Source: Candidatus Latescibacterota bacterium (GTDB lineage Bacteria > Latescibacterota > UBA2968 > UBA8231). Taken from it: 64,000 bases of DNA. The notes beneath the pieces are model-generated. The model did no database searches and was not told the DNA's origin. It worked only from the letters and a program-made list of their open reading frames with translations. The position numbers and the translations under genes are program-made. Shown here in pieces: positions 60,916 to 64,000 of the stretch (within the stretch, counting starts at the first letter, position 1; every line of letters starts with the position of its first letter). The stretch is taken from the NCBI GenBank assembly GCA_965203175.1, contig OZ241867.1, positions 4,064,001 to 4,128,000 of the forward strand, read 5' to 3'.

Positions 60916-61137
60916 TTACTTGAGCAAGTTAAGCACTTTTGCCTGTGCAGATTCCGTAATCGAATCCCGAATGAAGTCACTAGCTCTGAGAATTTCAATA
61001 CCAATGAGCTCTCCCTTATCATTGTATTCTGCTGTTATATTGGGACTAAGTTCGATACTGCCGTTTTCTGGATCGTCAGAGATCGACAAGTATAAAATAT
61101 TTTCTTGCTCAAAATACCTCAGCTTCGCCTTATCCAT
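60916..61137 (-). CDS. DUF2283 domain protein
   Basis: LRYFEQENILYL.I, ITAEYNDKGELIGIEILRAS. Confidence 0.75.
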   Translation of the reverse strand: MDKAKLRYFEQENILYLSISDDPENGSIELSPNITAEYNDKGELIGIEILRASDFIRDSITESAQAKVLNLLK

Positions 61138-61156
61138 TTTTCATTTTTTTATTTTA

Positions 61157-63880
61157 TCAGACCTCGCTCTCGACCAACGCCTCGATGCGTACAGGACAGA
61201 CCTTGAGCTCGGCGGTGTGGGTGACGGGGTCGTAGCCGGAGCCGGTGAGGATGTTGATTGGCACGTCGTTGAAGCTGAAGCTGGCAAAAACTGTGCCGCG
61301 CGGCGAGCGGGTGGTGCCCTTGACGCGGATTTCAATGGCACCGCGTGCGCTGGACAGGCGGCACAAGTCTCCGTCTTCGAGGCCCCAAGCGGTGAGGTCT
61401 TCGGGATGGGCTTCGAGGCGCTCTTCGGCGAGTAGGTAGTCGATCCCTTGGGAGCGACCAGTCTGGGTGCGGGTGTGGTAGGCTTGGAGTCGGCGGCCGG
61501 TCGTCAGCCAGACTGGGAACTCGGCCGAAATGGTCTCGGCCGGGTCGCGGTAGCGGATGATCTTGAAAAGGCCGCGGCCGTTTCTGAAGGCTCCCTCGTG
61601 CAAAATCGGCGTCCCCGGGTGGTCCTTTTCGGGCACGGGCCAGTGGTACTCGCCCTTGTCGATCCGCTCCCAATCGAGGCCAGCGTAGATGGGCGAGAGG
61701 CCGCACAGTTCGTTGAACACGTCCTCGGCCGAGGTGTAGTCGAAGCCGCTAAAGCCTAGCCGCTGGGCGAGCTGACTTATGATCCACCAGTCGGGTTTGG
61801 CCTCGCCGGGCGGGGGCACGGCTTGGCGCAGGCGCTGGACCCGACGCTCGGTGTTGGCACAGCTCCCGTCGGTCTCGGCAAAGGCGCTGGCAGGGAAGAC
61901 CACGTCGGCCAGCGCCGCAGTCTCGGTGAGGAAGATGTCGATGACCACGAGGTGATCTAGGCTCTTGAGGGCGTGCTCGCAGTGATGGCGGTCTGGGTCG
62001 GAGACGAGGGTGTTTTCGCCGTCGATAATCATGGCAAAAATCTCGGTGCCGCAGCGGTTGAGCGCTTGGACTTTGGTGATGCCTTTGTCCAAGTCCATCT
62101 CCCGCCCGTAGAGCGCGGTGAATTTTTCCTTGTTTTCAGGCTGGTCAGTCGGTTGGAAGCCGGGATAATTGGACGGGACGGCCCCGGAGTCGCCGGCACC
62201 TTGAATGTTGTTCTGCCCGCGCATGGGGTTGATGCCAGTGCCCTCGCGGCCGATGTTGCCGGTCATCAGGGCGAGATTGCACAGGCTTTGGACGTTGTCC
62301 ACGCCGCAGATGTGCTCGGTGATGCCGAGGGTGTAGTAGATGCCGGATTTGTCGGCGGCACCGTACCAACGGGCGGCTTGTTCAATGTCTGCGGCAGGCA
62401 CCTCGGTAATGGTCGAAGCCCACTCGGGAGTGAACTCGACGACGTGCTCTAGGAATTGCTCAAAATCGGCTGTGCGCGCTTCCATAAAGTCGCGATCTAC
62501 TAAGTCGTCGCGGACGATCACGTGGGCCATGGCCAACAGCAAGGCCACGTCCGAGCCGACGCGGATGGGCAGGTACAGATCGGCCATATCTGCGAGGTCG
62601 GTCTTGCGCGGGTCGGCGACGATCATTTTGGCCCCGCGCTTGAGAGCCTTTTTGATGCGCGTGGCCGCGACCGGATGGCACTCGGTCATGTTGGTGCCGA
62701 TGCAGAAGATCAGGTCCGGTTTGTCCATGTCGGCCAAGGGGTTCGACATGGCACCGCGTCCGATGGTGGCTGCCAGACCGGCAACCGTGGGGGCGTGTCA
62801 GGCACGGCTACAGTTGTCTATGTAGTGCGTGCCGTAGCCTCGGCGGATGAATTTTTGCAGACAGTAGTTGGCCTCCGACGGTGTGCGGCCAGAGGCGACG
62901 CCGTAGATGGCGTGGCGGCCGTGCTCGGCGAGGACCTTGGCAAAGCCTTGGGCGGCGCGGTCGAGCGCGGTGTCCCAATCGGTGGGGTGAAGCTGACCGT
63001 CCTCGCCGCGGACTAGGGGCTGTGCGAGCCGGTCGCTGTGCTGGACGAAGTCAAAGGCAAACTGGCCTTTGATGCACAGCGCGCCCTCGTTGGCTGGGCC
63101 GTCCATGGCCGGTTGGATGCCGACGAGTTTATCCTCTTTGGACAGCAGATCCACTGAGCAGCCAACGCCGCAGTACGGGCAGACCGAGCGGGTCTTTTCG
63201 ATCTCGCCGGGCAGGTCGGCGGCGCGCAGGGCCTTTTTGTCGGCGAGGGCACCGGTGGGGCAGGTCTGGACGCATTGGCCGCAGAAGGTGCAGGACGAAT
63301 CCTTGAGCAGGCCATTGAACTCGGTGGTGATCTGCTTGTGGAAGCCGCGCCCCATCGCGGCAATGGCGTGGTCGCCTTCTTGCTCGGCGCAGACGCGGAC
63401 GCAGCGGTTGCACGAGATGCACAAGTCGTAGTCGCGCAAGATGAAGGGGTTGTCGTCGGTGGGATGCGCCTGGCCCGATTGCGCGCCTTGGAAGCGGCCG
63501 GAGCGGGCTTGGTAGCGGTCGGCGAGGTCGGTTAGCTCTTGCGAAGCGTACCCGCGCAGGGGATCCACCTCGACTTCGCGGTTTTCCGAGACGACCATTT
63601 CCAGCAGCGTCTTGCGGTGCTTTTCGATGGCCGCGGTCGCCGTTTTGACGACCATGCCGGGCGCAGCTTGCGACGTGCAGGAGGCGACCGGATTGCGCGC
63701 TCCTTCGACTTCGACCACGCAGAGCCGGCAGGCCCCAAAAGATTCTAAGCGCGGATCGTAGCAAAGGGTGGGAATATCGCGGCGATGGCGTTGGGCGACC
63801 TCGTAGAGGGTCTCGCCAGGAGCAAAGGCGACTTCTTCGCCGTCTAAGGTCAGGGTGTGTTGTTTACCATTGGTATCCAT
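61157..63880 (-). CDS. fdhF: Formate dehydrogenase alpha subunit, selenocysteine-containing (Mo/W-bis-PGD), with N-terminal 2Fe-2S and 4Fe-4S domains
   Basis: ORFs 62798-63898 and 61157-62749 are in frame across TGA 62798-62800: DNCSRA-U-HAPTVAGL. Also CPYCGVGC, LCIKG, MRGQNNIQG; GAGGA SD before ATG 63880. Confidence 0.93.
62768..62786 (-). promoter_or_regulatory. Bacterial SECIS hairpin
   Basis: GGUUGCC-GGUCU-GGCAGCC stem-loop starting 11 nt after the UGA, closely resembling the E. coli fdhF SECIS. Confidence 0.85.
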
Positions 63881-63894
63881 GTAAAGGTCCTCGT

Positions 63895-64000
63895 TCAAGC
63901 GCAGACGCGCTGGGCTACTTGGTCTGGAAAGTACTTGAGGAGGCTATCGGTGATAAAGGGGGCGGCCACGCCGAGGCCGCAGGCGCTGGTGGACTTCATG
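63895..64000 (-). CDS. Partial (C-terminus) NuoF/FdsB-like NADH-binding subunit
   Basis: MKSTSACGLGVAAP...LKYFPDQV* matches the NuoF S-x-CGLG Fe-S motif; lies directly upstream of the FDH alpha gene. Confidence 0.75.
   Translation of the reverse strand, partial: MKSTSACGLGVAAPFITDSLLKYFPDQVAQRVCA

Noticed and set aside
62798-62800. FDH pseudogene with a premature stop
   Set aside because: The UGA is at the catalytic Sec/Cys position and is followed by a correctly spaced SECIS.

Overview
GC-rich bacterial chromosomal window. It resembles Candidatus Latescibacterota/FCB-related marine or sponge-associated genomes; this is inferred from the FlgD-Ig/CTD proteins, 'TAVE..SWG..K' C-termini, multiple sulfatases, PhyH and scattered TA modules. 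Left third: housekeeping genes (rnhA, lpdA, aminotransferases, PBP1A, CCA enzyme), a Co-type nitrile hydratase operon, an XPB-like helicase/DUF790 pair, and an McrBC plus two-TA accessory patch. Middle: sulfatase, fdhD, ECF sigma factor, PhyH, SDR and class I fumarase. The main candidate for an undescribed system is 31.2-47.6 kb: a co-oriented cell-surface cluster of a PPIase lipoprotein, three paralogous secreted proteins ending in an 'FTPNGDGxND'/FlgD-Ig C-terminal domain, two ~900-aa paralogous proteins with beta-barrel-like C-termini, a TPR lipoprotein and a CBM9-like protein. It is followed by a sugar ABC transporter and sugar-acid/sulfatase catabolic genes, so it looks like a PUL analogue without SusC/D. 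Right end: decayed TA/DUF1016 relics and a selenocysteine formate dehydrogenase alpha subunit (in-frame UGA plus SECIS) that the ORF track splits in two. Two 'diverged gene fragment - cargo - intact gene' scars (sulfatase, fumarase) suggest homology-facilitated DNA capture. No rRNA, tRNA, CRISPR array, integrase or transposase was seen. All family assignments come from motif recognition by eye, not database searches.
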